Assembly (NCBI GenBank): GCA_030390025.1
Contig: JASTWF010000341.1
Coordinates: 248,001 to 312,000, forward strand
From: Squalus acanthias
Taxonomy: Eukaryota
Direction of reading: 5' to 3'
Length of the DNA stretch: 64,000 nucleotides
Translations under genes and position numbers: made by a program
Notes under the pieces: model-generated
What the model saw: only the letters and a program-made list of their open reading frames with translations
Told to the model about the DNA's origin: nothing
Databases searched by the model: none
In this document: in pieces, positions 36,016 through 50,000 of the stretch
How the letters are laid out: each line of letters begins with the position of its first letter
How positions within the stretch are numbered: the first letter of the stretch is position 1

Positions 36016-38327
36016 GGGGCAAAATTCGATAGCCCCTGAAAACGGGCACAGGGATCACGATGCATGATTAACCCACGCCATTGAGTCCGATGCAGGCAGC
36101 ACACCGACTTTATGCTGCCGGCTAATTTGCATGATTGCTGCGTGCAGCCAGCGTTAACCGCACTGTTGAGTGGCTGCACGCCTCAGCAGGGGGCCCAAGA
36201 TTGTCCGAGGCTAGCACCTCTTAGAGCTAGCCTGCACTCCTTAAAGCCAGCTGCACCTCTTAAAGGGGAGGTGCATTCTGGCTGGAGCAGGTGCTGGAAC
36301 TGTTCGTGGAAGAGAGTCTGAACAGGAAGAAAAGTGAACTATGGCACAACAGGGGAGAGAGCGCACTCCAAACTTCCCTGACGCTGCACTGGAGGCCTTG
36401 GTGGAAGAGGTGGAGAGGAGGAGGTGTCCTTTTTCCACAGGGGGCCAGGAGGCCCTCCACACAAACTCTGCGAAGGCAATGGGAGCAGATAGCTGTGCAG
36501 CCAATGCCAGGAGTCAAGCCCCGAGGACCTGGATGCAGTGCTGCAAGAAGTTGAATGACCTCACACGAGTGGTCAAGGTCAGTGAATACATCTTCAAAGG
36601 CCATATCCCACCAACTGTACCACTAGCCTAACTTGCTGCCATGCAAGCTCAGACTGCTGCCATCATGGCTGTGGTTACCAGTGTTCAAAGGGGCTTGCAG
36701 GATGCCACAGCAGTCCAGCAATCTGTCCTCAAACAGATTACAAGGATTGCTGATGAGCCGCCCCGGGGGAGTGGCAGTGGCTCCGTGGAGCACGAACCTG
36801 CTGTTCTCTCTCAGGATGGCAGCATTCGCCCTCCCACCCCACCAGTGCCCTTGCTGTTGCCTGTCAGCCTGCCAGTCCAGACTGCTGCCGCCTATGCTAA
36901 GATAGTGCTGCCCGAAGCCTACTTGAGGTCATCTTCCAAGGCCATCTGCAGTCTTCCCCACTGAAAGTCATCAGAATTACACCAGCCATGCTGCAGCCAC
37001 TGGGGTAGCACTACCTTGGAGCACTAGGACAGACAAAGGCATACGGAAGACATGCACTAAGGGAATGCACAAGGGTGGCATTGGTATGCAATATGCTATG
37101 CATTGATTTATAAATTTGGTTTGGAATGTTTATTGTGTTTTGGCTTTTATTTTTGCATTGTGGCCAAGCGGACACTGTGATGATCAGTAACAGAGGAGGG
37201 AAGGTGTGGGAGTGTTGGTGAATGGAGAATTGGGGTTGTGTTTACTGCTATCACAGTCGGATGAGTCATTCACAGACAGCTCGACCAGAAAGGGGCTTTC
37301 TAGGTTGCCTCCTCTCTTTCTCCTCCTCCTGCTCCTCAGCTGGTTGCCGTATAGCTGGTGATGGCGAGGTTGTGCCGCATGGAGCAGACCACATGAATCT
37401 TCACACATGCTGTGCCGAGTACTGCAGGGCTCCTACAGTGTGGTCCTGGCAGCGGAAGCATTGTATCAGCACGCCAGTATGGCTTTCGTTGTATGCATGC
37501 TGCCCACGTGGGCGTGGGTTGCGCACCAGAGTCATGAGCCATGTCATCAAAGGATAGCCCTTACTGCCCAGTAGTCACCCTCTGGTTTGTCGTGGTGGCT
37601 CAAATGCAGATGGCATAGTGGACTGCCGCAAAATGAAGGCATCATGACTGCTGCCAGGATATCAGGCACTGTCCTGCACAATGCACTGCGTATGGTCGAA
37701 AACAGCTGGACAGTGAGGGAGTGGAATCCCTTTCGGTTGCGGTACATCTCAGACTTGACATGCGGCCCCCGTAAAGCGATGTGCATGCAGTCAATGGCAC
37801 TCTGCACCACGGGGAAGTCTGCAATCTTCGCGAAGCTGCGTGCTCACTCCACCTGCTGCTCTCTGGCAAGAGAGAATGTAGTCAGCTCTCTTGGAATTGA
37901 GAGCCTCAGAAATCTCCCTAATCCATCACTGCCACTGGCAATGCAGTCCTTGCCCTGCTCTGAGGTTGCAGTTATGGGTGCAGCAGGTGGCAGATTTCAG
38001 TGAAGACGTCTTTTAAATAGCGCAGGTGTTTGGGTCCTTCCTGCTACTGAACCCGTGTTCAGCTGTGCGTGTTTAAGAGAAGGCGTTAGCTGGAGCATTG
38101 AGCTCCAAAATTGCAGCGCTGGCGTCAAATCAGTGATTTGACATCACGATCTGCCTACTCTGCATACTTCCGGCGGACGCTCCGTGTGCATGCTAACGCC
38201 CTCACCAATATGGCGTCCAGCGCAGCTCGCACCAGAAGAGTGCCCGCGCACTACGGATGCCATTTTGGAATCTAAATGGCACTCATAGCACCCAAACAAC
38301 AAGTGCTACAGAGCCAAATTTTGCAGC
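36016..38327. mobile_element. PIF/Harbinger element with decayed Myb/SANT (+) and transposase (-) genes
   Basis: TIRs ggggcaaaatt / gctgcaaaatt. Myb ORF at 36341: MAQQGRERTPNFPDAALEALVEEV..PRTWMQCCKKLNDL. Transposase relic [27 protein letters not shown] (37547-37810, minus). Confidence 0.9.
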
Positions 38328-39816
38328 TGGTATTTGCTGTCTTTTAAGATTTTTGTCCCTTGTGGCCATGCATCACTCTTTGCACGACAGTAACATCTTC
38401 CCAGGTTTCTGCCAATATCTCACTTCAGCCAAATGCCTGGAGATACACAACAGGGCCAGGGTCGATTCACACTCTAATTATCGGTTTATGAAAGGCGCTG
38501 GACTCTACTTGCGACTTTGCACTTCCAAAGACACAGTGAAGATCAAGAACTCTTGATGTGTGTGGGGAAACAGAAATTGTAAACTTGTGTCATACCAGTC
38601 TGTTCCTGGCAGAACAAGTCATCAATTGCTACTCTCTTTTTCGCTTATAGAATATCCTAAATGATGGTGGTTTCAATAGGAATGCAGTTAAAATCTATAA
38701 TAAAATTATTTTAAAAGGGAAAAAACATATACTTTCATTCTGTGTGTTGTAGCTCTATAGCTTCCATCATACTGTATAGCTTATGAGCACAAAAAAAGTA
38801 TGGAAGTCAGGGAAACCTAGGAAATATAACCCACATCCCTGCCAATGTCAAATACCCAATCCACACCAAAGCACATAACATAAAAATGCACTTGAGTCTT
38901 AGTACTTGCTCACATTTGATTGTCAGTTATGGCTAAGTGCTGCTCCTCAGCTTGATGCACAGACAAATATACACAGCTGGGTTGTTGCAGCACACTGCAC
39001 CTCTCACATACAAGGAAGCTGTCATGCAGATGTCAAATACATCAAGCTACTCGCAAATTCCACAAAAAAAATGTAAAGTCAAGCTATACCAGATGGGCGA
39101 CAGAGTAAATAAGTAACAGTTCACAGCTTCAGAGACCAACATATATTTTGTTATCCTGGGAATAAATATGGCAAAGAATAAGAGCACCAAGTTCACATGA
39201 CAGCTCCGTAAATATTCTAAGTTGTATCGACAGCCAGCAATAGGATTTAAAATTAACTTATCACCAGTAACTTTTCATTTTGTCTTTGAACTATAATACT
39301 TTATTTTTCAGTTAGTTTTATCAACTAGTTGATGTCCTGTGTTGTTCATGCGCAAAAAGATTTTTTAACATCTCTCTGTTGTAACTGTGTCTCTGCCCGT
39401 GTCCAAACATTTTGTCTGCCCCTCTATCTTCCTATTTGTTTTCTGCTCTTTCTCTTCCTGTTTGGCTCTTATGCATTTTCAGAAACTGCCACCTCTCACT
39501 TCTAGGTTTGTTTTGGGCTCTTTTTCTTATTTTTTCTGTCTACCTCTTTGCAAAAGTCTGTCTTTCCCTCTTCCATTGCTGCATACCTTGGGCGCTCTCC
39601 ATGGATCTCACACGTATTGCTTTCCTGATTTACTCAATGTCTCTTCTTTTAGCCTGCAGCTCACTGAAAAATGGCAGGCAACATATCAAAGATGGCACCA
39701 GGACTGGATGAAGAGAGGCCAGGAGACAGTAAATGGAGGCTATCTTGGAGGAAACAAACATAGGGTGAGAGAGAAACAAAAGGCTGGGGCTTAGACTGGA
39801 AAGTAGCAGGGATATG

Positions 39817-41968
39817 GGCCTAGAAATTCAAGATCGTTAAAAACCTGCCAGTGCCACCACGGGCTGGAGTTAACGGCTGCCAAAAATAATGGCACTGGCA
39901 GGACTGGAATATTGGCACTAATTGCTAATTAGCATTAGCCCAGTGCTAAACTTACCGTGCAAGGCCGTTTTCGTGGCGGTAATCCTGCCAGGAGGCCCTT
40001 TGTAGTGTGGCTGTAGCGTCACTGCAGCAAGAACAGCCTTTTCTTAAAGTAAGGCTGTCATTTTAGAGAGCAGTGCGATCCCTAAAGGGGAACTACCTTA
40101 GAGTCATAGAGTTATACAGCACGGATAGAGGCCCTTCGGCCCATCGTGTCCGCGCCGGCCATCAAGCCCTGTCTAATCTAATCCCATATTCCAGCCTTCT
40201 AAAATTAAAAAAATTAAAATCATTTAAAAATAGGCAGCCTTCTGAAAAAAATTAACATTAAAAAGAATTCCCAAATGGGAGTCTTCAGCTCTTAAAGCTG
40301 AATTGGCTTTGCACCTAAAAAAATGGGAAAAGTGCTTCAGCACTAACACAAATGGCTCAACAAGCCAGGGAAGGGGCACCCAAGGGTCTCGCACGCAGCA
40401 CTCCAGCTTTGTGCAGGGGGTCAACACTGCCAGAGAGGTCCTCTACCCACAGGGGTCAGAAGGCCCTCCAGAAAGAAGGATGTGGGACCAGATCACTGAG
40501 GCCGTCACCCCCACAACTTGGCTCCAGTGCCCAAAGAAGCTTCATGACCTCAGACCAGTAGTCAAGGTCAGTGAATGCATCTTCAAAAGCCGTCTACTAC
40601 CAACTGCATCACGAGTCTCTCACACTTCTCAATGCACGACTCTCTCCCCCTACCACCCCCCCCCCCCACAATCACTCACCTATCAACAATCTGTACCAAA
40701 CACGAGGCACACCTCCCATCCCTAGCTTCACTTCACCCCCTTGGAGGAGACGGTGCTGGCCATTCTTGGCAGGGGCATGGCTGAGCCCTTGGCCAGCAGT
40801 GGGGCTGAAAGGATACAAGGTGCTGAAAGGAAAAGGAAAAGGAAAAGGAGTAGGAGAAGGAGAAGGAGAAGAAGAAACACCGTCACTCGATTTCACACTC
40901 CCAGCTACCAGCTCCTCAAGGTCGACCTGCAAGGCCATTTGCAGTGTCTCCCACTGAAAGTCAGCAGCCTTCCACCAGCCATGCTGCAGCCACTGGGGCA
41001 GCACTGCATGACATCAGTAGGATAGGCAAAGGCACATTTAAGACAGTCACTAAGGGAGTGCATAAGGGTGATGAGTTGCTTTCTTGATGTCATATTGGAT
41101 GGATAGATGTATAAAGTTGGATTGGAAAGTTTGCTTTGTGGTGGTTTTTATTTCAGCATTGTGGCCAAGAGGATGCTGTGATGGTCAGTAACAGAGGGGA
41201 GGTAAGGTGTGGGACAAATGTTAAAAGGGGAATTGGGGTTGTGGTCACTGGTACTGCAGGCGGATGATTCCATCCCAGATATCCCGGCCAGAAAGGGGCT
41301 GTCTGGGTTGCATCCGTCTTTCTGCTTCCTCCTCCTCCTCTGCGAGCGCATGCTGTAAATCTGAAATGAAAGTATAAAATGCTGGAAATACTCAGCAGGT
41401 CAGGCTGCATCTCGACCTGAGATGTGAACTCTCGTTTCTCTCTCCATGGATGCTGCCTGACTTGCTGAGTATTTCCAATATTTGTCTGTCTTCTCAGGGG
41501 CCTTCCTTTACCATCCAAGGCCTTACAAGCATCCAGCAGCACTCACTGCACACTTTAAAAACTTTTAACATGTATTGAATCAAGCCAACACTTGAATAAA
41601 ATATAAAAAATCCAGTCCAAAAGCATAAATGCAAACTTACCTGATAGATACGTGTGTCCCTTTAAGAAGTGCTGATAGCATTTCTGTCAGTCTGCTGCAC
41701 GCTCGCTTTTCAGAGAGCGCTTAGGACCCAGTGCTAAACTCAGCGCAAAGGTCCAAGTTCGCAGAGCGTGACGTTAAGTTGGTGTGTGACGTCACGCTCT
41801 CCATATTTGCATCTCCAGGGCCAGTGCTGTTATCGGCAGCTCCAAGGCCCTCACCAAAATGGCGGCTGCTGAGTCCCGTGCTAGAGGCGGGCGTTAATGT
41901 GGCGGCCGCCATTTTATTCCAGGATTGCGCCGCAAATGGGTGGCGGTAAGTAGCCCAATTTCTGGTCC
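39817..41968. mobile_element. Non-autonomous PIF/Harbinger element (Myb relic, transposase 3' end only)
   Basis: TIRs ggcctagaaatt / ggaccagaaatt with an exact ATG TSD (39814-39816 and 41969-41971). Myb relic WDQITEAVTPTTWLQCPKKLHDL. The intergenic region is homologous to 36940-37330. Confidence 0.85.
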
Positions 41969-41979
41969 ATGTTTGGGGA

Positions 41980-42001
41980 GGGGGGGGGGGGGGGGGGGGG
42001 G
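41980..42001 (+). repeat. G22 homopolymer
   Basis: 22 consecutive G bases, 11 bp from the right end of the Harbinger element. Confidence 0.9.
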
Positions 42002-42249
42002 AGGTTTAGTGAGAATGGAATTTGGGATGTAAATGGTCTTCCTGTTGCTATCATAGTAGATACAGAGCACCAGCCTCAAACAATATAGACACATCTGGGA
42101 GGTATTGCAACAAATGTGGCCTATAGGGAGCAGGAAGGCATGGGGGCTGGGAAGGAAGGAAGACAGCTGAAGCCAAGAGGCTCTGACTTTCAGGCTCACA
42201 ACAATCAAACAATTTAAAGAATAATCCTGGTAATAATAAAAATATTAGA

Positions 42250-42770
42250 TCACAAATTCCTTACGAATGAGGAAAGCCATTCGGCCCATCGTAATTCATC
42301 CATCCAGAAATACCCTACAGTCCCCCTTTGAGGCATCTAATCCAGGGTTTTTGCCTTCACTACTCTATCCAGGAGTGCATTCCAAATGTTAATCACTCTT
42401 TATCTGAAGAAGAACTTTCCGAAATCAGTCCTAAATTCACTTATTAGTTTGAACATGTCCCCTTGTCCAAATCTCACAAGTTAATTTAAAGTAACATACC
42501 AGATTAACTTTTTCCATTCCCTTAACTGTCTGATATACTTCTATAAGATCACTTTGCAGACAACTCTCTTCCAGACTATAAAGCCTAAACTCTTCTGTCT
42601 TTCCTCATAACTTAGACCCGACACTTGGGATCAGCCACATGGCTCTTTTCTGCACTACCTTTGTGGCTCAGTGACGAGAATTGGACATGTACTCAAGATG
42701 CAGTCTGGCCAGATCAACGTAGAGTTTGATCACAACCTCCTCTGCCTTGTATTCTACTGGTGTTACTAAG
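42250..42770 (-). mobile_element. Old CR1 3' fragment
   Basis: Reverse-complement CR1 motifs gccattcggcccatc, gcattccaaatgttaatcactct..gaagaagaactttcc and tactcaagatgcagtctggcc. Confidence 0.65.
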
Positions 42771-43199
42771 GATGTAAAAGTCAGCAGCAAATTTATTATG
42801 CTTTGACGATATACCTGGAGGTAGTGTATAATGTGCTTTGTTAGAAATCTTTCCTATCTGTAAAGATTATAAGGCAACTTTGAATTTTAAACACCTTCAT
42901 TAATGCAGAGTACATAAATGGCACTGTAGCTCACCATTTTATAATGTCATGTATCTCCCCTTAAGCACGACTAGTTGAAACGCTATTATAACATACAATG
43001 GAAACATAGGAATGTTGTAAAGGGAAAATCTGATTCGCAAAGTGAAGAAACATTAGTGTGTAATAAAAGACTCTATTTCTAAAAACAAACCAAGTCAACT
43101 GCGGTACTGTGCAAGCTTTTAAAGTGACATTAACGGTTCAATCTGACTTTTTTGGAACAAAACTTTCTTTATCATAAATGCCTACATAACAACAGTAAA

Positions 43200-43900
43200 C
43201 ACACTTAGAAAGTAATTAATTTGCTATGAAGTGAAGTGGGTGGGAGAGAACGAGGCAACGGATGCATTTAAAAACAAGAAAGAGAATTTGAAATTTGATG
43301 TGCTTGGGGAATGGGAGCAAATGTAGGTCAGCAAGGACAAGGGTGATGGGAAAGTAAGATTTCGTGTGGGATAAGATACGAGCAGGAGAGTTTTAGATGA
43401 GCTGAAGTTTACGGAGGGTGGGGAATGGGAGGCCGTGCAAAACAACAAGGAATAGACAGAGATTGGAGGCAACAAAGGCAGGAATCTGTGCAGATGGGCT
43501 GAGGTTGAGCTGGAGACAGGTGTTGTCATGGAGGTAGAATTAAGCGGTCTTTGTGATGCAGAGAATATGGGATTGGATCTGCAGCTCGAAGTCGAGTAAA
43601 GTTGTGAACAGTCTAGTTCAACCTGAGACAGTGGCTGGAGAGGGGAATTGAGTTGGTGGTGAGATGCAGAGTTTGTGACTGAGGCCGAAGACAATGGCTT
43701 CAGTTTTCCCAATGTTTAGTTGGAGGAAATTGTGGCTCATCCAAGATTGGATGTCAGATCTGCAGTTTGACAGACCAGAGGCTGTGGAGAGGTCAAGAAA
43801 TATGTTGGTAAGGTAGAGCTGGGTGTCATCAGTGTACTTGTGGAAGCTGCCCCCATATCTATGGATGATGGTGCTAAGGGGCAGCATGTGGATAAGAGAG
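43200..43900 (-). mobile_element. L2 LINE RT fragment
   Basis: IIHRYGGSFHKYTDDTQLYL..DIQSWMSHNFLQLNIGKTEAIVF is the L2-type FHxYADDTQLY..WMxxNxLxLNxxKTE region. Confidence 0.85.
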
Positions 43901-44924
43901 CAGGAGGGGGTCTTTGGACAAGATTAGCTCAGAGAGGGCATGGAGGAGATGAGAACAAAAGTACAGATGGTTTGGTTTTCAGGGCTAGGGTGGGTGGGGT
44001 CTGGGAGTTGGCTTGGTGGACAAGGAGAATGGAGGAAAGGGGAAAAACAGGAGAGGCAGCTGAAAAGATGGAGAGTCAATTTTTAGCCACCTCTTAGCCA
44101 AAGAACATGAGGGGCACAGGGAGTTAAAAAGAGAATTAACTGGATGAAAAAGAAAACAGAGCGGAATGTTCACTGTCAGAAATATTACTGTAAACTATGT
44201 ATGTTTTGGACCAACACATTTTGGAATAAAACTACTATTTCTTCAAAAAGGTACTGTATACAGATAAACTGTCCAGAAGATCAGATCAAACCAATCTGGC
44301 CTGTACTGCAGAGCTGTAGTGTGGCACTCTATAACAGAAGGTCTAAAGGGGGGTTATTTGCCAGTTTTCCCACTATTCCTGGTAACTCAAAGCTTTTTAA
44401 TCAACAGATTAGGTTCCTTGTTCACTATTTCCTTTAGAGAAACAAGGCATTGAGTACAGATGGACCTCACTGTAGATATTGAGAGATCAAGTTGCACATC
44501 AAGGTATTTACCTGGAAGTTAGCTAGCTAATTGAAATACCACTCAATGATAAGCTTCCCTTTTAGGATTTGCTTGAATTTATAATCAGGTTTATGCCACT
44601 AAGATAAACAAGATCTGTGCAATTTCAAATACTGTAAAGCTTATCAATGAACACTTCAGCTTGATGAGATTTGCAGCCACTGAACACTTCTAACATCTTT
44701 GCAGGTAGATCTTCTTCTTCGGAATACGTTCCCTGTATATTTTAACATTGCTTCTGCTGTGGGCCACCATAAAGGTTAAAGTGTTATGTCCCATCTGTCA
44801 AGAAAGTACACATATGTTTGATACTGGGAGGGTTTTCAACACTGAAAATGAACTGTGGTGGTACACGTCTTCCATCAATGCTCACACTATGTACTGTAGT
44901 ACTGTATTTTCTGGTTTTTTTTAT

Positions 44925-46425
44925 TTGTTTATGGGATGTGGGCGTCGTTGGCAAGGCCAGCATTTATTGCCCATCCCTAATTGCCCTCGAGAAGGTGGTG
45001 GCGAGCCGCCTTCTTGAACCGCTGCAGTCTGTGTGGTGAAGGTACTCCCACAGTGCTGTTAGGGAGGGAGTTCCAGGATTTTGACCCAGCGACGATGAAG
45101 GATCGGCGATATACTTCTAAGTCAGGATGGTGTGTGACTTGGAGGGGAACTTGGCAGTGGTGGTGTTCCCAGGCGCCTGCTGCCTTTGTCCTTCTAGGTG
45201 GAAGAGGTTGCGGGTTTGGGAGGTGCTGCTGAAGAAGCCTTGGCGAGTTGCTGCAGTGCATCTTGTAGATGGTACACACTGCAGCCACGGTACGCTGGTG
45301 GTGGAGGGAGTGAATGTTTCAGGTGGTGGATGGGATGCCAATCAAGCGGGTTGCTTTGTCCTGGATGGTGTCGAGCTTCTTGAGTGTTGTTGGAGCTGCA
45401 CTCATCCAGGCAAGGGGAGAGTATTCCATCACACTCCTTACTTGTGCCTTGTAGATGGTAGAAAAGCTTTGGGGAGTCAGGAGGTGAGATACTCGCCGCA
45501 GAATACCTAGCCTCTGATCTGCTCTTGTTGCCACAGTATTTATGTGGCTGGTTAAGTTTCTGGTCAATGGTGACCCCCCAGGATGTTGATGGTGGGGGAT
45601 TCGGTGATGGTAATGCCGTTGAATGTCAAGGAGAGGTGGTTAGACTCTCGCTTGTTGGAGATAGTCATTGCCTGGCATTTCTGTGGCGCGAATGTTACGT
45701 GCCACTTATCCGTCCAGGTCTTGTTGCATGCGGGCATGGACTGCTTCATTATGAGGAGTTGTGAATGGCGCTGAACACTGTGCAGTCATCAGCAAACATC
45801 CCCATTTCTGACCTTATGTTGGAGGGAAGGTCATTGATGAAGCAGCTGAAGATAGTTGGGCCCAGGACACTGCCCTGAGGAACTCCTGCAGCGATGTCTT
45901 GGGGCTGTGATGATTGACCTTCAACCACCACAACCATCTTCCTTTGTGCTAGGTATGACTCCAGCCAGTGGAGAGTTTTCCCCCTGATTCCCATTGACTT
46001 CAGTTTTACTAGGGCCCCTTGATGCCAAACTCGGTCAAATGCTGCCTTGATGTTAAGGGCAGTCACTCTCACCTCACCTCTGGAACTCAGCTCCTTTGTC
46101 CATGTTTGGACCAAGGCTGTAATGAGGTCGGGAGCAGAGTGGTCTTGGCAGAACCCAAACTGGGCATCAGTGAGCAGGTTATTGGTGAGTAAGTGCCGCT
46201 TGATAGCACTGTCGATGACACCTTCCATCACTTTGCTGATGATTGAGAGTAGACTGATGGGGCGGTAATTGGCCAGGTTGGATTTGTCCTGCTTTTTGTG
46301 GACACAACATACCTGGGCAGTTTTCCACATTGTCGGATAGATGCCAGTGTTGTAGCTGTACTGGAACAGCTTGGCTAGAGGCGTGGCTAGTTCTGGAGCA
46401 CAAGTCTTCAGCACGATAGCCAGGA
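44925..46425 (-). mobile_element. 5'-truncated CR1-group LINE (family 2), RT region
   Basis: [46 protein letters not shown] and MFADDC motifs. 3' tail gggcaataaatgctggccttgcc..cccacatccc followed by an A-rich end. Confidence 0.93.
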
Positions 46426-46704
46426 TATAGCAGTCTTTGGAGCTATTTTTTGTAACAACTCACCTACAGTTACCATTCTGACACCTATTTTATCAGTTAC
46501 AATTACTGCAGAATAGTACTCCTGATTTGTTTCTGTTAGTACCTTCAATATAACTGAGAAGTTCTTATTTGCTTTATACCTCCTGTGTTAAATAACATTC
46601 ATTCACCTAATCAATGACTTAACCAAATGATTTGTCAGGGGCTACCACTGTCATCTCACAAATAACTAACAAACAAACACACTGTTGGATCAAGACACAT
46701 AAAG

Positions 46705-46812
46705 AAAAGAAATACTTGCATTTATATAGCCTTTCACAGCCTCATGACCTCCCAAAGTGCTTTACAGCCAGTTAAGTACTTTTGAAGTGAAGTCACTGTG
46801 GTAATGTAGGAA
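46705..46812 (-). mobile_element. Deu-SINE 3' tail fragment
   Basis: caaagtgctttacagccagttaagtacttttgaagtgaagtcactg..gtaatgtagg is the reverse complement of the SINE tail near 2290-2400. Confidence 0.7.
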
Positions 46813-46875
46813 TAAACAGTAGAGTTCTCCAACTTCACAAAGGATCAAAAGGTGCCCAAATTGCACATTTTGTCT

Positions 46876-46895
46876 ATATATATATATATATATAT
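46876..46895. repeat. (TA)n microsatellite
   Basis: About 10 TA units. Confidence 0.85.
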
Positions 46896-47029
46896 GAAAT
46901 ATAAATTACAACTGATGTCCTGTCATTATATGCCACTGGCATATTTGATAAACTGGACTTTATATTTACAAAGCATGTTGAAGATGTATAGAGGCAAAAC
47001 ATTGTTACTGGACTAACTTTACCTCATCA

Positions 47030-50000
47030 TAGAATCATACAAATTATAGCGCAGAAGGACCATCACATCTGTGCTTGTGCCGTCTCTTCAACTGGAGCTA
47101 TCTACTCTAATTACAATTCCTTACCATTTTCCCAAATCTCATTAAATTCTTTTAAAAAATACTTATCCTATACACTTTTAAATTATACAAATAAAAAGAA
47201 AAAAAAAACTATAAATGATAGAAATCCAAAACAAAAACAGAAAATTCTGTAAATACATAGCTAGTATAATTTTTCATTTATTCTGAAATGCTAATCTATC
47301 TTTTCTCTTTACAGGTGCTGACTGACTTGCTGCGTATTTCCAACATTTTCTGTACTTGTTTCCCTGTTAAATGATTTTATAGTCTCTGTAAAGAATTTTT
47401 TTTCCAGCCTCCCCATTACTTCTTTTTGTGATTATCTCAAATGTTGTGCCATCTTGTTATCTCTAACCAACCAGTGAGTACAACCTCCCACCATGTGCCC
47501 CATTATAACGCTTCATAATTTTAAAGACCCTTCTCAGGTCACCTCTTAACATTCGCACTTCTGGTGAAAAATCACCAACTTCTGATCATTTTCCAACATT
47601 CCTTAGACTCTGGATCAGTTCCGATGGAGTGGAGGGTGGCCAATGTAACCCCTCTTTTTAAAAAAGGAGGGAGGGAGAAAGCAGGGAATTATAGACCGGT
47701 CAGCCTGACATCGGTCGTGGGTAAAATGATGGAAGCAATTATTAAAGATGTCATAACAGACCATTTGGAAAGTGGCGACATGATAGGTCCAAGTCAGCAT
47801 GGATTTGTGAAAGGGAAATCATGCTTGACAAATCTTCTGGAATTTTTTGAGGATGTTTCCAATAGGGTGGACAGGGGGGAACCAGTAGATGTGGTGTATT
47901 TGGACTTTCAGAAGGCCTTCGACAAGGTTCCACACAAGAGATTGGTGAGCAAAGTTAAAGCACATGGGATTGGGGGTAATGTGTTGACGTGGATTGAGAA
48001 CTGGTTGGCACACAGGAAACAAAGAGTAGGAGTAAATGGGTACTTTTCAGAATGGCAGGCAGTGACCAGCGGGGTACCGCAGGGTTCGGTGCTGGGACCC
48101 CAGCTGTTTACATTATATATTAATGATTTGGACGAAGGGATTAAATGTAATATCTCCAAATTTGCGGATGACACTAAATTGGGAGGCAGTGTGAACAATG
48201 AGGAGGATGCTAGGAGGCTACAGAGTGACTTGGACAGGTTGGGTGAATGGGCAAATGTATGGCAGATGAAGTACAATGTGGATAAATGTGAGGTTATCCA
48301 CTTTGGTGGTAAAAATAGAGAGGCGGACTATTACCTGAATGGTGGCAGATTAGGGAAAGGGGAGGTGCAACGAGACCTGGGCATCATGGTACATCAGTCA
48401 TTGAAGGTGGGAATGCAAGTGCAGCAGGCAGTCAAGAAAGCAAACGGAATGATGGCCTTCATAGTAAGGGGATTTGAGTACAGGAGTAGGGAGGTGATGC
48501 TGCAGTTGTACAGGGCCTTGGTGAGGCCACACCTGGAGTATTGTGCGCAGTTTTGGTCTCCTAACTTAAGGAAGGACATTCTTGCTATTGAGGGAGTGCA
48601 GCGAAGGTTCACTAGATTGATTCCTGGGATGGCCGGACTGACATATCAAGAAAGATTGGGTCAACTGAACTTGTATCCTCTGGAGTTCAGAAGAATGAGG
48701 GGGGATCTTATAGAGACATTTAAAATCCTGACTGGTTTAGACAAATTAGATGCGGGCAGAATGTTCCCAATGGTAGGGAAAACTAGAACCAGGGGTCACA
48801 GTCTAAGGATTAAGGGGAAGCCATTTAGGACTGAGCTGAGGAGGAACTTCTTCACCCAGAGAGTGGTGAATCTATGGAATTCTCTTCCACAGAAGGTTGT
48901 TGAGGCCAGTTCGCTAAATATATTCAAAAGGGAGTTAGATATAACACTCACAACTAGGGGGATCAAGGGGTATGGCGAGAAAGCAGGAATGGGGTACTGA
49001 GGTAGCATGTTCAGCCATGAACGCATTGAATGGCGGTGCAGGCTCGAAGGACCGAATGGTCTACTCCTGTACCTATTTTCTATGTTTCTATGTTTCTAAG
49101 TCTCTCTTCAGAACTGTAGCTCCCTCATCCCTGGTAGTATCCTAGTGAATCTAGGCTGCAACTTTTCCAGTGTTTTAATTTCATTCCTATTAAGGAGTGT
49201 TAAAACTGCATACAATAACCCAAATACAGCCTATGGTCTTGTGTAAATTCAACATTACCTCCTTGCTTTTGTATTTTGGATACAAAACTAAGGATTCCAT
49301 TTGCCATTTTATGGCATTTTTACTTGTGCTGTCACCTGTAATAACTTGTGTAACTGCACACCAAGGTCTTGCTGCCCCTGTACTCCATTTAAAATCTTAT
49401 CATTGAGATTATTTTCTTTCTGTATATTTATGTCCAAAATATATGACATTACATTTTCAACATTGAACTGTGCCTGCCCCATTCTTCTAGCCTATTTATG
49501 ATCTCATGTAGTTTTTCCAAGTCCTTGCCACAATTTGCTATGTCCCCCAAATGGTGGTATCAGCAATGTTTTTATAATGTTCCCTCAGTTTGTAAGTTAC
49601 ATGAGAGTGGCTCCAACACAGACCCCTGCAGAATACCACTTACCACATCTTTCCAGTCTGTGGAACTAGTTATCCCTACATTTTGCTTTCTGCACTCTAA
49701 CTATCTCTCTATCCATGTGGCAAAATTCCCTTAATTGATGTGCCAAAATTCCTTTAATTCTATGTACCTTATCTTTGGCGTAAGTCTTATATGTGGTACC
49801 TTATCAAATGTTTGTGAAAATCTATATAAATCACATCCACTGTATTCCCTTCTCTGTTCTCTCTGTAATGTCTTCATTCTACGAGGATGGTCAAGCACTA
49901 CCTGTATGAAACCCATGCTGAGTGAACCTAATTAACTCATGGTTCTCCAACTGCTTTGTAATTTCCTTTCCACAAAATTTTGGAAAATTACATTCAAGAG

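Noticed and set aside
44511-44794. Exon-like segment on the minus strand (ttgacag...ccag|gtaaat)
   Set aside because: Stops occur in all three frames and there is no recognisable homology.
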